DNA of 63,923 nt, filler included, from Choristocarpus tenellus KU-1152 (GCA_964200185.2; 10 parts of 10 records of this genome joined end to end with filler, not necessarily neighbours in it); one strand, 5' to 3'. Shown: positions 39,290 through 52,606, numbered from the whole stretch's first letter. A program made the numbers and translations. The notes: a model not told the origin generated them from the sequence alone.

Positions 39290-40510
39290 AAAGTGCGTGT
39301 AATGTGGCACAGAAGGATGATCAAATCACACAATGGACCACACGGCCGCAACAACAACGCTGAGAGAAGATGCATGGAAAGCATTACCATACCAACGTGG
39401 TTGGATCTTCAACCGCTGCAGAGCACTGGTCCTCTCAGTATCTGCCACCTCGGGAAAGCAGGAAGAGAGGGGCGAGTCCATCACCAGGTGGTACAGGGAC
39501 GAAGTCTGTGGGGAAGCCTGGTTACAGCGGGCGAAGGGAGAACCAGAGTGGCCGGACTAAGGGAAGGTTGGGGAGGAGAGCAGTGTGACTGCTTGCCATT
39601 GCGCTCACAGGAAGCGCCTGAGCGAAAAGCCTGGGTGTACAATATATCTTAGTAGTCGACAGTTGCAGCAGGCCCTGGCTGTTTGGCAGCTATGTGAGCC
39701 GGAGTGGCTTAGGAAACGAGAAAGAGGTATTGGGGTTGAGGTGCAAGGGCTTTGAAGCCCGAAAGAAGGTCGAAAGGGCTCGCAAGGCGGAGGAGAAACC
39801 GATCTTAACAAAGGCCGTTGTGGAGACATTTCGTTACCACACCAAACCCTCTGCTCAGAAGAGGTCGCAAAGCAGGTGGAGATAGCCATCGATGAGGATG
39901 CTAGTAAGGGAAGAAGAGGAGGTGAGATTGAGACAATTTGCACACTGGTGGTTTGGTGTCTCCAACTTCTTGCAAGATGTCGTACATTCACCTTTGTTCC
40001 TGGACTTAGGGTTGGATGTAGAAAATTGATTAAGGCTCTCTCTCCCCACCTGCATTCATTCGAGAAGTTTTGTGGGAAAGAGGGCTGTCAGAACCCGGAA
40101 TGACGAAGGATGGGGGGAATGGAGAGAAACATAACCCCAAAAAAGCATGTTGCATGTGCTTGGACAGCAAAGGGACTTCAATGAGGTAGTTCCTGTTTTT
40201 CAGCTTCTTGTCGAGCGGTACACAGGGGTATGCCTAATGCCCCCAAAGTATCACTGTGAGCTCAACCTCATTGAGCTTGTGTGGGGTCCAGCAAAGGACT
40301 GGCTACGACAGCATTGTACCTATTCTTTGGACGGACTCCGAAGAAAAGTTCATTCAAGCTTGAAACCAGCTGAGGATAGGCAGACTGCTTGACTCGTACA
40401 GAAGTACTCCAAGAAGAAGGCGTATGCGCACCATCTTGTCTACTTCAAGACGGCTGCCACTGAACCGGAAGCCGACAAGGAGTACAAGAGGTACAAGTCT
40501 CATAGGTGCC
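39290..40510 (+). mobile_element. Degenerate IS630/Tc1-like DDE transposase
   Basis: IREVLWERGL...SMLHVLGQQRDF...CLMPPKYHCELNLIELVWGPAKDWLRQHCTYSLDGLR matches the P-x-[YF]-H-x-E-L-N-x-I-E-x-x-W motif carrying the catalytic Glu. Upstream MDHTAATTTLREDA may contain the second Asp. Stops are present. Confidence 0.8.
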
Positions 40511-40806
40511 TAGCACATTCGGACTTCCTGGTGGCAGATGGAGACAAGAGTTACATTTACATTTAACATTCATTCCCTGGGTCGTTTTTTGGTTGGCGTT
40601 TTTTTCCCGCCTAACCAAGTATACTTTAATCAAGTAATTGTACATCTGTTGTCACTCTTGGTGACCTACAATCCAAGGTTCGAACCCCAATATGAGCGCT
40701 CTTTCTTTTAAAAAAATCGAAAAAATAGCACCTACTCTGGAGGGCCTTGTGACGGGCATCACGAATATGCATTTATTTTCACATAAAACGTTATGATGGG
40801 ACAACC

Positions 40807-41182
40807 GAGCCAAAGTATCTTAGAGGGTAGTAGAGCCGCGTCCATTTGGGGGCCAAACTCCAATGTTGCGATTTTGATGTAATTTTTTGCCCTCGTATTT
40901 GTTAGGAAGTGTCAATATCCATGTTCTGGACACAACTTTCATAACGTATATAATTTACCTACTTCGAAACTTTTTCGAGTAGGAAAGGCTCAAAGTATCT
41001 GGGGGGGAGTGGCGACTGTCCATTTGGAGTCATTTTTTTCACGTTTTGATTTTTGTGTGATTGGGTTGCACACGTCGGATGGATAAAGTAAATGCACTTT
41101 TCCTGATTTTGACCCAAATGGACACCCTGGTGAAGACCCCCCCCTCCCCCCCAGATAGGTTGGGACAAAATATCATTAAAAC
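40807..41182 (+). mobile_element. Family A MITE copy interrupted by a nested family B element
   Basis: 40807-40986 is colinear with 3709-3885; family A sequence resumes at about 41167 (AAAATATCATTAAAAC). Confidence 0.8.
40987..41166. mobile_element. Complete ~180-bp family B MITE with G-run TIRs
   Basis: GGCTCAAAGTATCTGGGGGGGAG ... CTCCCCCCCAGATAGGTTGGGAC; flanks GAAA / AAAA (imperfect 4-bp TSD). Confidence 0.75.
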
Positions 41183-43213
41183 NNNNNNNNNNNNNNNNNN
41201 NNNNNNNNNNNNNNNNNNNNNNNNNNTTAATTAATTAANNNNNNNNNNNNNNNNNNNNNNNNNNNNNNNNNNNNNNNNNNNNATCCTCATAGTCCTGCAC
41301 CATCCTCAATTTTGAGAAATCCCTGTTCTTATGGTACATACTCTGGTTTAAACAAAGTCCCCCTTACCTACAACGAACCCCAATATAGGATACTGTATAT
41401 CAAAGTTGGATTGGGTATGAAATAAGATCTATATTTTTTTGTACTAGTATGTAGTATACTGTTGTTAGATCAATACGTAATTAAATACATAGTTTACTAT
41501 TATCTACAAAAGTACAACCATTGTCTACATCTTAATTCAGTTCGTAATGATGTAACCCTTTCTCATATATTATTTTTACAAATTTGCTACCTTCACCAAT
41601 CAAACGGACGAATCCTGTAACTGCTGAGCTGATCAAATGAACATCTAAAACTCAACAAAAACCTCAACTCTCAACAATCAACATCAGGGGATGGGACAAA
41701 GTGAGAGGCAATAAAAGGATCTTGAGAACACAGGAACAAGGTGGTGTTGAGTGGAGAGGAAGCTAAACTCACAGACGACAAGATGAGCGGTCGTGTGCCT
41801 GTTGGGGCCACTAATCGATCGGACTTGTTCGGGCGCAGCGAAAAAGGAAAAGGCATTTACACAGTGCCCTCAGGTACTACACATAGGTCAACAGTAGAAC
41901 CTAACCCTGTCTCAAAACAGGGCTACTCTGCAGCACCCTATGGATCCACATCACCTGGTCGACGGAGGTCAGTTCTGTATGTTAGAATGTGATATTTCGA
42001 GGTCCTTTCTTTGGGATGTATACGACAACATTCAATCAAATAGTTACACCTCTACCTACTCATTGCTTTCATCGTATAGGCCATATCCTTCCCCGTACAA
42101 CGGCAATCCGATCACACCTGGACGGGCAGAGTTCGGGACATCGAGCAGAGGCAAACAAGGTGACTTGCCTTTGCCATCTCCCTGCAGCAACGGGAGTTCG
42201 AACAGGTGAGACCGTCTGTCGCGGGCCTTACTCCAAAGCGGGCATAACGCCGAAGGGGAGTCTGCGAGATTGAGGCTGCCAGATGAGTGCGGTCTAATGT
42301 GAGGTCCTCCTTGAATTCTCTGCCTGAAACGTTCCACAGAAATTTTGTCGTCGCTCCTCGCAAAAAGATGCAATTAGGCATTCTTGATCTAAGCCTCTCG
42401 TTCCATTCCTGTTTGGTGGAGCAGGAACGATGGGGGGAGTGAAACAGCGAGGGATACAAGTGGGATGAAGGGTAAGGATGACATGCTGGAACTCGAGTAC
42501 GTCATAGGGTGAGAACGAGTGTATGCAGTGATGATATTACAACGTTTGCGACGGCCTTACGATAATATCTTGTCCTGGATGTGGCGTTCAGAAACAAGGG
42601 ATCGAGAGCATAGTCACAAAAGAATGTTCCAAGCACATCAAAGTACATCCTCCTCTATCTATAGTTCCAAACAGACAAACTTGTAAGAGAAGCACATGGT
42701 AAAAAGCACTCAAGGCCATGCATGCATGCAATATTTACAGTGTTATTCCTTTGTCCCTTATGACGCCCAACAGCTACACAGGTCACTTCCCTCAGACAGT
42801 GTTGGCCCATCCAAAGGAGAACAATGAAATCCTCAAGAGTGTTGGGGCACTCTTGGTAATTGGTGAGTACAATAAATATTTTAGTGTGAGTGGGGACTTT
42901 GGGTTTCTCCTTCAAATCACTCACCACTCCACTGGAACCTCTTCCAATCTATTCCTTTCTGAGAAAGTTTCGAAAATAATGGATTATAGAACAGCTTCTT
43001 CACAAAAGCGTATCTAACAACTGAACAGCTACTTAAATTGTCATCTATCTGTCTTGGCCAGTCAATGTTATGGACCCACACCAGCAACACCTACTGCGAG
43101 GGCATGACATGGAGATAAGTGCCCTTGCAGTATCTGCATCAGGCTCCCTTGTTGCCACAGGTGAGATAGTCCATGTAGCACATAATAATCATAACAACGA
43201 TAACATTTAGAAC

Positions 43214-44435
43214 TGTGAATCGGGTGATTCTTGCTAAGTTTGTGTGCTTTGCAAGTGTAAGTTCGAATCTTACTGGTGTCGCCAATATTAATTGGGTGAT
43301 TCTGTGCCAGCATAGTTCACCCAGGCAAGGGTGATGAAAAGAATCACCAGACAAACCGGACCAGACAGACCAAGACAAACCGTAACCGAGAGGACAAGGT
43401 TGTGGTTGGACAAGTGCAAGACTGAAAGGACTAGCAAGAAAAGTGGGGAACTGAGGAAGTGGGTAGGATCACGATTTGGATGGGTTTCAGAAAAGAAACC
43501 CTTCAGAGATAGGAGATCGGCCTTGGGAAAAACGTGCCCATAAAGAGACATTGCGAGAAGAAATGGAAATCTATCGCTCTGGATATTTTATTACTATGCC
43601 CTCTGACATTTTGCGGATGTGTCAGGGGAAAAACCAATGAAAACTATTCACATATCAGAAAAATCTCTTAGAAAGTAACAGTTGTCACAAACGTGAAAAA
43701 CATTATTGTGGAAAGGAGGTTTGTCTGCTATTTTTCCGTTATTACCATATGCCATATACCGTTATACCGATTGAGGTTCCTTGTCAAGAATTCATTATTA
43801 CAGTGGAGGATCTTCCATGATAATTAATCCATGGAATCTCTTCAAAGAGACAGTTCCACAGATATGAAACTGCTCTTAATTCAGAGATGTTTAACATGAA
43901 AGATTCACTTCGTTCTCACTTCTCGACTTTTCTTATGATCTTCTCTCACTAGATCCTCAGTCTGTCAATCCCCACAGTTTTTGTACCAGCAGTCTTACAC
44001 TTGTCCAACGTTATCCTCGTCCTCTTGGTTACGGTTCTTCTTGGGCCGACAGGTCCGTCTTGCCTGGTGATTCTATTCATTATCGTTGCCTGAGTGAACC
44101 ACACCCCCACATAATCACCCGATTCATATGAATCTATTTACTATTTTACTACTGGCTATGCTGTACCATTGCCTTCCTATACCTCCAACCTAGCTTAGTC
44201 CTGCGCCCTAAAGTGAGGAGCTAGGGAAGCATCTCAAGAATCTATCAAGCCCCTCCTTGCCCTGGTGTCTCCTGCTTAAAACGCTTGACAAATCTAGACA
44301 GGGTTACCTGCGTTGTAACAGAGACTATTTGTTGTAGGCAGGATTTGACCGCCCCTTTCCTGCTTTAGCCTCCTGTCCCTCTCCCCCCTACTATGTGTGT
44401 AGCTAGGTCATTCAGAAAACTTTCCGCTTGCTTAT
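43214..44435. repeat. Cluster of dispersed repeats (family C in both orientations plus the segments shared with 4232-4650)
   Basis: Family C on + at 43290-43585 and on - at 43900-44130; 43598-43706 and 44131-44432 match contig 1. Confidence 0.7.
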
Positions 44436-45283
44436 GACCTAAAGTATCTGGGGGGGGGGGGGGGGGGGGGGACCCCAAAGGGGGGGTCTTTTGAAAAAAA
44501 AAANNNNNNNNNNNNNNNNNNNNNNNNNNNNNNNNNNNNNNNNNNNNTTAATTAATTAANNNNNNNNNNNNNNNNNNNNNNNNNNNNNNNNNNNNNNNNN
44601 NNNAAAATTTGTTTCCCCGAACGGGACCCCCCCTAACACCCCCCCCCCCCCCCCCCCCCCCTGATACTTTGAGCCTGTGTGAGCAGCATGGGGTCAACTC
44701 TGGTCACCAAATATTACATCCGATCTAGTTTTATCATCCTATCCATCCCAATAGGATATATGCTATCAGGATCAGGATTTGGGGAGGTCAAGTAGTTACC
44801 CGATCCAATACCTAATTGTGAATGTGGATCTAGTCCTCTGTCAGGCCCTATGGACGGACACTGCGTGATGTCCCAACACAGTGTTCTGTCTGTTATGGAG
44901 GGTAGAGATAAGAGATAAGATATAAGATATAAGATAGATGGCACTGGCCGCAGGGAGGAGCATGCTGAGGAAGGGGAAGGGGAAGGGGGGGGGGGATTTC
45001 TAATTGACCGGTGCATATCCTGAAAAACTCGAAAATTTGATACAAGGGACACTCAGATTCCTTCACTGAATCAGCTTGTGGTGAAAGGGGCTAAGGCATT
45101 GGCTGCCTCAAGGGAAGGTCAGGATATCTCAAAAAGGCGTCAACTTGAGAAAGAAGGTAGTACAGTAGATACAGTCCAGTAGCTTCCAAGGCTTCGGATA
45201 AGGAAATAGATACAAAGTTAGTGAGCCAATTTTGGTCCAGAGAGATAGCTCTCAGTACTGAAAGGGCAAGCAAGGGTGGCTTT

Positions 45284-47073
45284 TCATTGTCTGAGAATGC
45301 TCTGAAGTCCATCTGTGGCGCTCTGCATAACTTTGGAACCAATCTGCAGTTCTTGAGGACGATAAATGGCATACCATTCAAGAGTGTGAAAGGTTAGAAA
45401 TCCTTCTCTTTCCAACTTTTTTTTTTTTTAATACTGCTTTTCCGCAAAAAAATGGATCGGATTAAAAAATATATATATATCAAGATACGATTGAATATTG
45501 AGCTGACACAACGGTACAAGTCTTGGCTGGGTTAGCCACTAAAGTGAACATGCTTCTAGCTTCCAACTCCAAATCTTTATCATCTACACAAGCTTAGCCT
45601 TCTCAGCAAATTTAGCTTTGTACCGTATATGAAGATATGACACAATACTCACAGTTGCTTGGCTCCCTTTGCTTTCGCTTTTTCTCCTCTCCACCCAGAA
45701 CTGACAGTCCCACATGCGTGGGCACCTTCCTCCCCGGCATACACAATCGCTTTCTGTACTCCCTCCCACAGCCCATGCATCTTCAAAAGCTACTTCGAGC
45801 TCTTCAATCTCCAACCTTCGTGCAGATCCTTCGGAAAATACGACACGACGCACCCATGACAGTTTTGATACCAAGCAATGCAACTAACGTACAGGCTATC
45901 GGGAGTACAGGAGATGGCCTAGAAACCTCAGATTTGGTCAAATTATTACTCCCAGAAGGTTTCTTTGAGGTTTCTTTGAGCTTTGATGAAACAGTTTGAG
46001 CGATCCACCATGTAAGGATAACCACGGAAAATGAGGTGTCAAATCCACAGTCATGGTAATGATAATAAGAGCGTCCATTGTGGCCACCACTGTTGGTGAA
46101 TTGTGAAACGCTACACCATGCCGTAGCTTTGTGTCAAAAGATTTCTAGCACCTGACTACTAAAAAACCTCAAGTAGTTGCGACCACCTACTACATCAACT
46201 AGATTGTGAAGATGCGATGGAATCAGTCAAACGAGAGAAGCGAATTCCTCGACACGCCATTGAAATCCCCAGGCCGTAACCAGCACTCTGATCGTTTCAG
46301 GTTATTGTTCTCGTCTTGCTTTTCGACAACTCTTTCTCGCCCAAAATCTTAGGTATCTTGCCACACCAGGTCGTACAACTCACCAAAAGGTTGAAGCTCA
46401 GCAGTGTCAATGTTGACTTCGCCAAAAAGGAGTTTCGACAGTGAATCTGCCTTATCGTGACTATGCCAATCTAACACCGTCCCACCTGTGGAGAGGCGGG
46501 GTATGTAGCAGAAACACCAAATGTGGGGCTTTTGTCACCAGAGTTCAGAAGCCATACCACATCGAGTGCATTTTGGTAGATTTGCATCATTCCTGCCAAC
46601 CCCGATACACTGGGAATTGAGCTCACGTGGCAACACCAGTACACTCATGGACAAAACATCGGGTACATCTGCCACCATTGACCTAATGCAAGAAGAGAGG
46701 GTGGGCAGGTACGGGAGGTGAAGAGAAGATTGCAGTATAGGACCGTTAGTGTATTCACCCGCATTTAGGGCGGAATACAAACCCAATCGGAGAACCTATG
46801 GGGAACGATCAAGGTGAAAGAGAGGGAGATACATCTATTTCACAAGGTATCCTCTCACCTCATAGGTATCCTCGCTTTTTCCCAGGCTTGTGCCTGTGGA
46901 AAATGCTCTGCTTCCACTTCAAGTATCAGGGACTCAACCCCAAGCAATAAGTCCATTCGAGGTCTGTCGGTGATAGGCAGTGATGTATGAAGCTGATCAA
47001 ATAAGTGCTGAAGAACATTGGGACTTCCACTCACAGTCAGCGCTGCGGCAAAAGCGGTGAACGGGAGCCTCAT
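45284..47073 (-). CDS. Uncharacterised ~225-aa Cys-rich protein, divergent from the CHAT-STAND gene
   Basis: Phase-compatible GT-AG model: 47073-46859, 46682-46558, 46485-46384, 45828-45653 and 45343-45284 (TGA). Donors GTGAGT/GTGAGA fall just before in-frame stops. Product includes LPKCTRCGGTVLDWHSHD and DCVCRGGRCPRMWDCQFW. The start may lie further upstream (about 47236). Confidence 0.5.
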
Positions 47074-47318
47074 ACGTATAGGAGGTGTGACTGAATGAGA
47101 GGTAACAGAATATGAAATTGATACTATCTAGATAGCCCTATAGCTTCATGTTCCCAGCTCTGGGGCTTTGTGCGAACAACTCTAACGAATTTTGTATGTG
47201 ATGCCACTCAAAACCCATTTTGAGTTCTCTATCCATCCACTTGTACAACTGTTTCACAGTATTAGGACCAAGAGGGCATACTAGAACTAGAGGTACATCC
47301 TTCCCAAGGGGAAGTTCA

Positions 47319-50300
47319 ATGAACTCTCCCCGTCTGGTACATCTCTTCACTGCGCCCTTAGTGCGCGGAGACTGTCAGGAAGGGGATGACGGCCACCAGA
47401 GCAGCACAACAACCCTTGTTCCAGTGGAGGAGTTAGACTATGAGATGGAGAGGGCAGCAATTGTGAAGTGAGTAAGCCTCTGCCATCTATGGGGTTAGTA
47501 TTTTCCTTGTTTTTGATGGTCTTGAGATGATCTCAAGTCTGAGACTGAACTTCTCACCCTTAACAGCGCGCTTTCTCTTCCCACTTTCCACAGAGCGCTG
47601 GACAGTGGACACCGACGTATCCTGTACAAGTCAGAGGTTGGAAAAATAAGCAAATTCTTGCTATGTTTGACAGGTTGCCGGGTCATGCACTTAACATGGA
47701 ATGGAAGCAAGGAGCAAAGGCAGGTGCGATTTCGATGGCCAAGAAACTATTTATTGGTAACTTCAAGATACAGTAGCAGGACCAAATTAAGGCCATGAGG
47801 TACATTTTGTTGGACCCTTCGATAACGTACACTTCCGCGGATCCAACTAACGCAAAACTGTGGGGTCGTGCAACTACCCGTGAGCAGGTGCCTTGCGAAG
47901 ATGACGAGGGATGCTTCTCTCCAATAAGTGAAGAGGATTTCCTGGCCTCTTGCACAGGAAAGGTTTGTATTTACCACTGTGTCCATGAGTTTAAACCGTA
48001 TACACGGATTTCCTACTTGCTTGTGTTCGTGAGTCTAGGAAAACTTATGTAAGCTTTATTATTCAATATGCATTCTAGTACTCACCAAATCCTAATGAAG
48101 TTGGTGAACATGTCAGGTGCCAGAGGTCGTTGTTCTCAGTGGACGTTCTGCAAAAGCTGTTGCCAGGACCTTCATTCTTGCAGGTGAAATCATGTCTGGG
48201 CTGCACCCACACTTGCTGCAAAGTATGATTGAAGTCCTCTTACTGTGGACTGCGCAATGTTGTCGAAAACGATTCGGTTCTATCATTTCAAAGGCAGTGA
48301 GTAGTGTCACAACTCCTCGTGGATGACAGCAACCTTGCCGTGAAGACCTAGAAAATTGTGGCGAGTATACAATAGTACTCTCAACAAGGAGTGACCCAGC
48401 GCCCATACCTAATCTTTGTGATCCTGTAAAGGTATAAAGCATGTGGTAGCAGTGGAAAGAAGTGCTGCTATGGAGGAGTTGACATTGGGGTTTACTAAGA
48501 CTTTTTATGAGGAGCTGCTGCAGGGGTTCACACTTCAGGATTCCTTTGACCAGGCTCTACGCAGGTGTGCTACCTTAAAAAACCATCTTTTTTAGTGGTG
48601 TACAACTGCAATAGAGGAGGAGCAACTGTTGCAGAACCTGTCATTGGCATCATCATCATTGACTTTACAGTATTGCACTGCTTGTTTCCCCAATCCATTG
48701 GCAGTTAGAAATATTTATTGGAGAAGGTATTCACATGTCTAAGCGTCATCTAGTCATCCTTACCATTTGTGTGTGTCAATGCCTGTCTGCTGACCAATAT
48801 GGTTGATGCGGTTATTGTAGTCCATAGTATGCCTATCAAGTATCTTCGCCACTTCTTGAATGTACTTCAAAGCAGTGTAATGTAATAGCTTGATTGATGT
48901 TTCAGGAATGATACACCCACTGCAAAAGTTGTCAGATTAACCTTCCTCGTGACGGTCTCTTCACACGTATTATCCATTTACACGATTCTTTCTATGATGC
49001 AAGAAGAGCTTCTAGTTGCCCTTGCTGTTTAGGATCTTAGACCTACTTCAACAACTCAAACCTTCATCTTGACCAAAACATGCACCCAGGCTAGCATGTG
49101 GGGCCGGCGCTCCCTTCGCTCTTCTTCCTGAGAAGGGTGACCACTCCGTCACCCTCTTTGATGGGATTGATGCTGGCCAGTACATTGATGAGACCCCCAG
49201 TCTTCCAATCAATCGATGTGATCCTGTGTCTTCCAACTTCCTAGGACAAGAGGTATGAGGTGCTGCTGTTGCAAGTACGTTGTCTTTTTGAGTCTCTGGT
49301 CTTGCTAGTTGAACGACTTATTTGCACCCTTGAGAGGAAAAAAGGGCTGAGGTGTTTGTTCTAGTTAGAGGACAAAAGGAGGTTGCGTCACTTTGCCCGC
49401 TGATCAATGGGAGATGAAGGTGACTAATCTAGTTTTTGGCATTTGGCGTTGACGCTTGACACCTGCTGGAATTCCTGAAAAGGTCCAGGTCCATGAGACC
49501 TTCAAGCTAATGAGGAGGAAAACGCAGGTCATCTGTGTCAAGGGCCCATCAGGAATCGGAAAGACTGAGGTACGGAGGTGTGGGGTGGGGTGGGGTGGGG
49601 TGGGGTGGGGTGGGGGCTCAGGTTAGATGAGGGTTGGAGACATCTGTACAAATTTTGCAATGTCTTTCTGCTGTACCCTGTACCTCCACAGCTTTTCTTG
49701 TCCCGTTGAAGATAGTTTTGGACCCTCCTGACGTCCATCCTTGTCGTCGAGTTTTTTTTTTTTTTTTTTTAATGATGCACAATTGACAAGCCTTGACTCT
49801 GCGGCGTGTACACGACGAAGGTAGCGCTGCGTGCCTGTGCCTATGCGAGAGAGAGACACACGTTTGGTGACATCTTCTTTGTTCCCCTGGGGGAAAGGAA
49901 GGGGATGCCTGCTGCAGTCTCAACGGTCGAGGTCGTAGGGTGCATAGCAGAAGCCTTTGGTTTTGAGCCTCAGGTGATGGAGTGGAATGATCCCCCCCTG
50001 ATGCATCAGTCTAGGTTTTCGTCACCTGCCTTTTACTTGCCTGTCGTGTCGTGCGTGTTGTTCCTCCTCCTCCTCCTCACCCTGTTATTCCTTTACCTCT
50101 GCGAGCGCTCGGTTTTACGAGGAATGGCCGGTCCCTCTAGTCCGGATAGCCTATCGGTAGGGTAAGTAACGCCTACGTCTCGACAGGTTGGTTTAGTAAT
50201 CACTTTTTGCTTGTGGTGAATTGGAAGAAATCGCGAGTACTGGGTTAGGGTTAGGTTTAGGGTTAGGATTGAACCTATAGCCCTAACCCTAAGTGCCTTG

Positions 50301-52571
50301 AAAATCTCGATTTGTTTCATTGTAATGGACAGACACGGTGAAGTGCGTGGGGTGGATGAAGGTGATAGGCTATGAAGGTGATAGGCTATGAAGGTGATAG
50401 GCTATGAAGGTGATAGGCTATGAAGGTGATAGGCTATGGCGATAGGCTATGCGGTGGGTGAGGGGTGACTGGAGTCTCTAGGATATTTCGATCTGAGAGG
50501 TCACTTCTGTGGCCTTCCGTCTGTTCCAGAAGCAACGTGTCTCCTGGACCCAATATCTGAGAAAGAAAAAGAAAGAAAGACCAGTGCCCGTGTTTTGTTC
50601 AAGAAAGGGTTGTTATCGTATTTTGCGTGTGGAAGGTTTTAACGGCCATCAGGCCGTTAAAACCTCGAAGTCTCCAGGCGCAATGGCCCACGAAAGTTAG
50701 TCAAGCATATTTGTAGTAGTAGTAGCCAGCCTGCTGTGGATGGAGACACTTTGGCAGCGAGTGGTGAGACGTAAGACCTTGTGGTCAATGGTCTCCCCCC
50801 ATGCTCTGTCAAGGGTGCTGCTGCTACTAAAAAAACAAAAGCAAACCATGGTTGTATTTCGGTGTTGATTGTTTTGACCAATTGGATTGATTGTTTTGAC
50901 TAATTGGATTGATTGTTTTGACTAATTGGATTGATTGTTTTGACCAATTGGATTGATTGTTTTGACCAATTGGATTGATTGTTTTGACCAATAGAAACGG
51001 TCGCAGTTCACAACACTTTCCGCATTTGTTTGCTATGTTGATCTGTTGGTGCTCCTGATCGTCGATGCATGCATGCATATATCATGTATATATATCATAT
51101 ATATTTGTATCATGTATTTATCATATATATATCATGTATATATATCATGTATAAAAAAAAGGATTCAAGGTTTCATCTGGATGGTCTCTTGGATTGCATC
51201 CGTATGCGATGTGCTAGGACCAACGAACCCTGCTTGGCTCTCCTGGATGGATGTTTGCCTTGGCTAATAAAGGACTCGAGGTAGGAAGGGGCTCAAGGAC
51301 GTGTAACAGTTGACGTTGGTGGTGCAACAGTGAGCAGTGAAGTCCTTGGTGGGAGGAGGTTTTGTTGATACCGTGCGATGAGCAAGGGGTTCCAACTCCA
51401 ATGAATTTTGTCAGGAGGTACAGGATGCATGCACCCAACCCAGTCTTGTCTTGTCTTGTCTTGTCTTCGCCTTGTATTCTGGATTGCAATGTGTTGGAAG
51501 ATACATATCAGAGTGGTTTTGAGTGGAGAGAGGTGTCGAGTGAGGTGGGCGGGAGTAGACTCTGGGTATGGCTTTGATGTTTTTGGCCTGGAGTAGTGGT
51601 GATGTTTCCACAACATGTAGCAACAGGAATCGATCCTCCTTTGATTTTTTTCCAGGAACAAGATCAAGCTGTCTTCGTTTGTGGAAAAGCTGCGGCAGCG
51701 GGTGTCGAAGCTGCAGGTTTTGGTTACGGTGGTGACACAGGTATATATACCTATATATGTATATATACCTATATATACATATAACCCTAACCCTAACCCT
51801 AACCCTTTGGTGCTGATTGGAAATCGTGTCCGCGTTGAGCTCACTTCCTTGATGATCTATCTGAATTCATTTTGGGTGTGTACCTACCATAGCAGCTCAG
51901 TCACTCAAGTAAGTCAATGCACCATGATATATATATATATATATATATGTATATATGCTGACAGGATACCCTCCGCAGGTGGGTATCCCAGGGGAGAAGG
52001 TTGTCACTGTTGGGAGGCTGGAAGATCTGTCAGCGGCCGAGCTCTTTGTCTCAAGCGCTCAGCGTGAGGTATGAACATAACCTTTCAACTGCTTGTGCCC
52101 TTGCCCTTGCCCCTGCCCCTTCCCCTGCCCTTGCCCATCTTTTGTATGAAAGGCCGCGCTCTGTGTATTTTTTTCAGGTAGGCGATCTGAAGTTGGCCCT
52201 GAGTACTTGGTACTTGGAGGTGCGTTTTAGTATTGCATGGGATAATGTGAAGAGTGTATGGACTCTGCCTGTAGTTGATGCTGGTCTGTGGGGAGATAAA
52301 GTGTGGTTATGTTGTGAGCGATTGCTCTTGTAGACTGTGAATCGTTTAGTCAGTGCTTGAAAGTAGTTTAAGAATTGAGAGCGTTGCCCTGGCCCCTGGG
52401 GGTACCGATAAAGAGGCGTCCTTTGAGTTGAGGTGTTACTGATGTCTGTTTTCTCATTGTGCTCATCAGGGCCAATCTCTGGTGCATCTTGTGTTCTTTA
52501 TTATTATTATTATTTATTTTTTTATTAGTATTATTATTATTTTTATTGTTAGTAGTATTAGTATTATTATT

Positions 52572-52606
<35 letters not shown>

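Noticed and set aside
41700-42950. Copia gag/pol remnant
   Set aside because: Only a vague similarity (VMILQRLRRPYDNI); no zinc knuckle, protease or RT motif seen.
45637-45999. Plus-strand ORF with fasciclin-like PMTVLIPSNA
   Set aside because: No phase-compatible flanking exons were found. The region is better explained by the minus-strand spliced gene.
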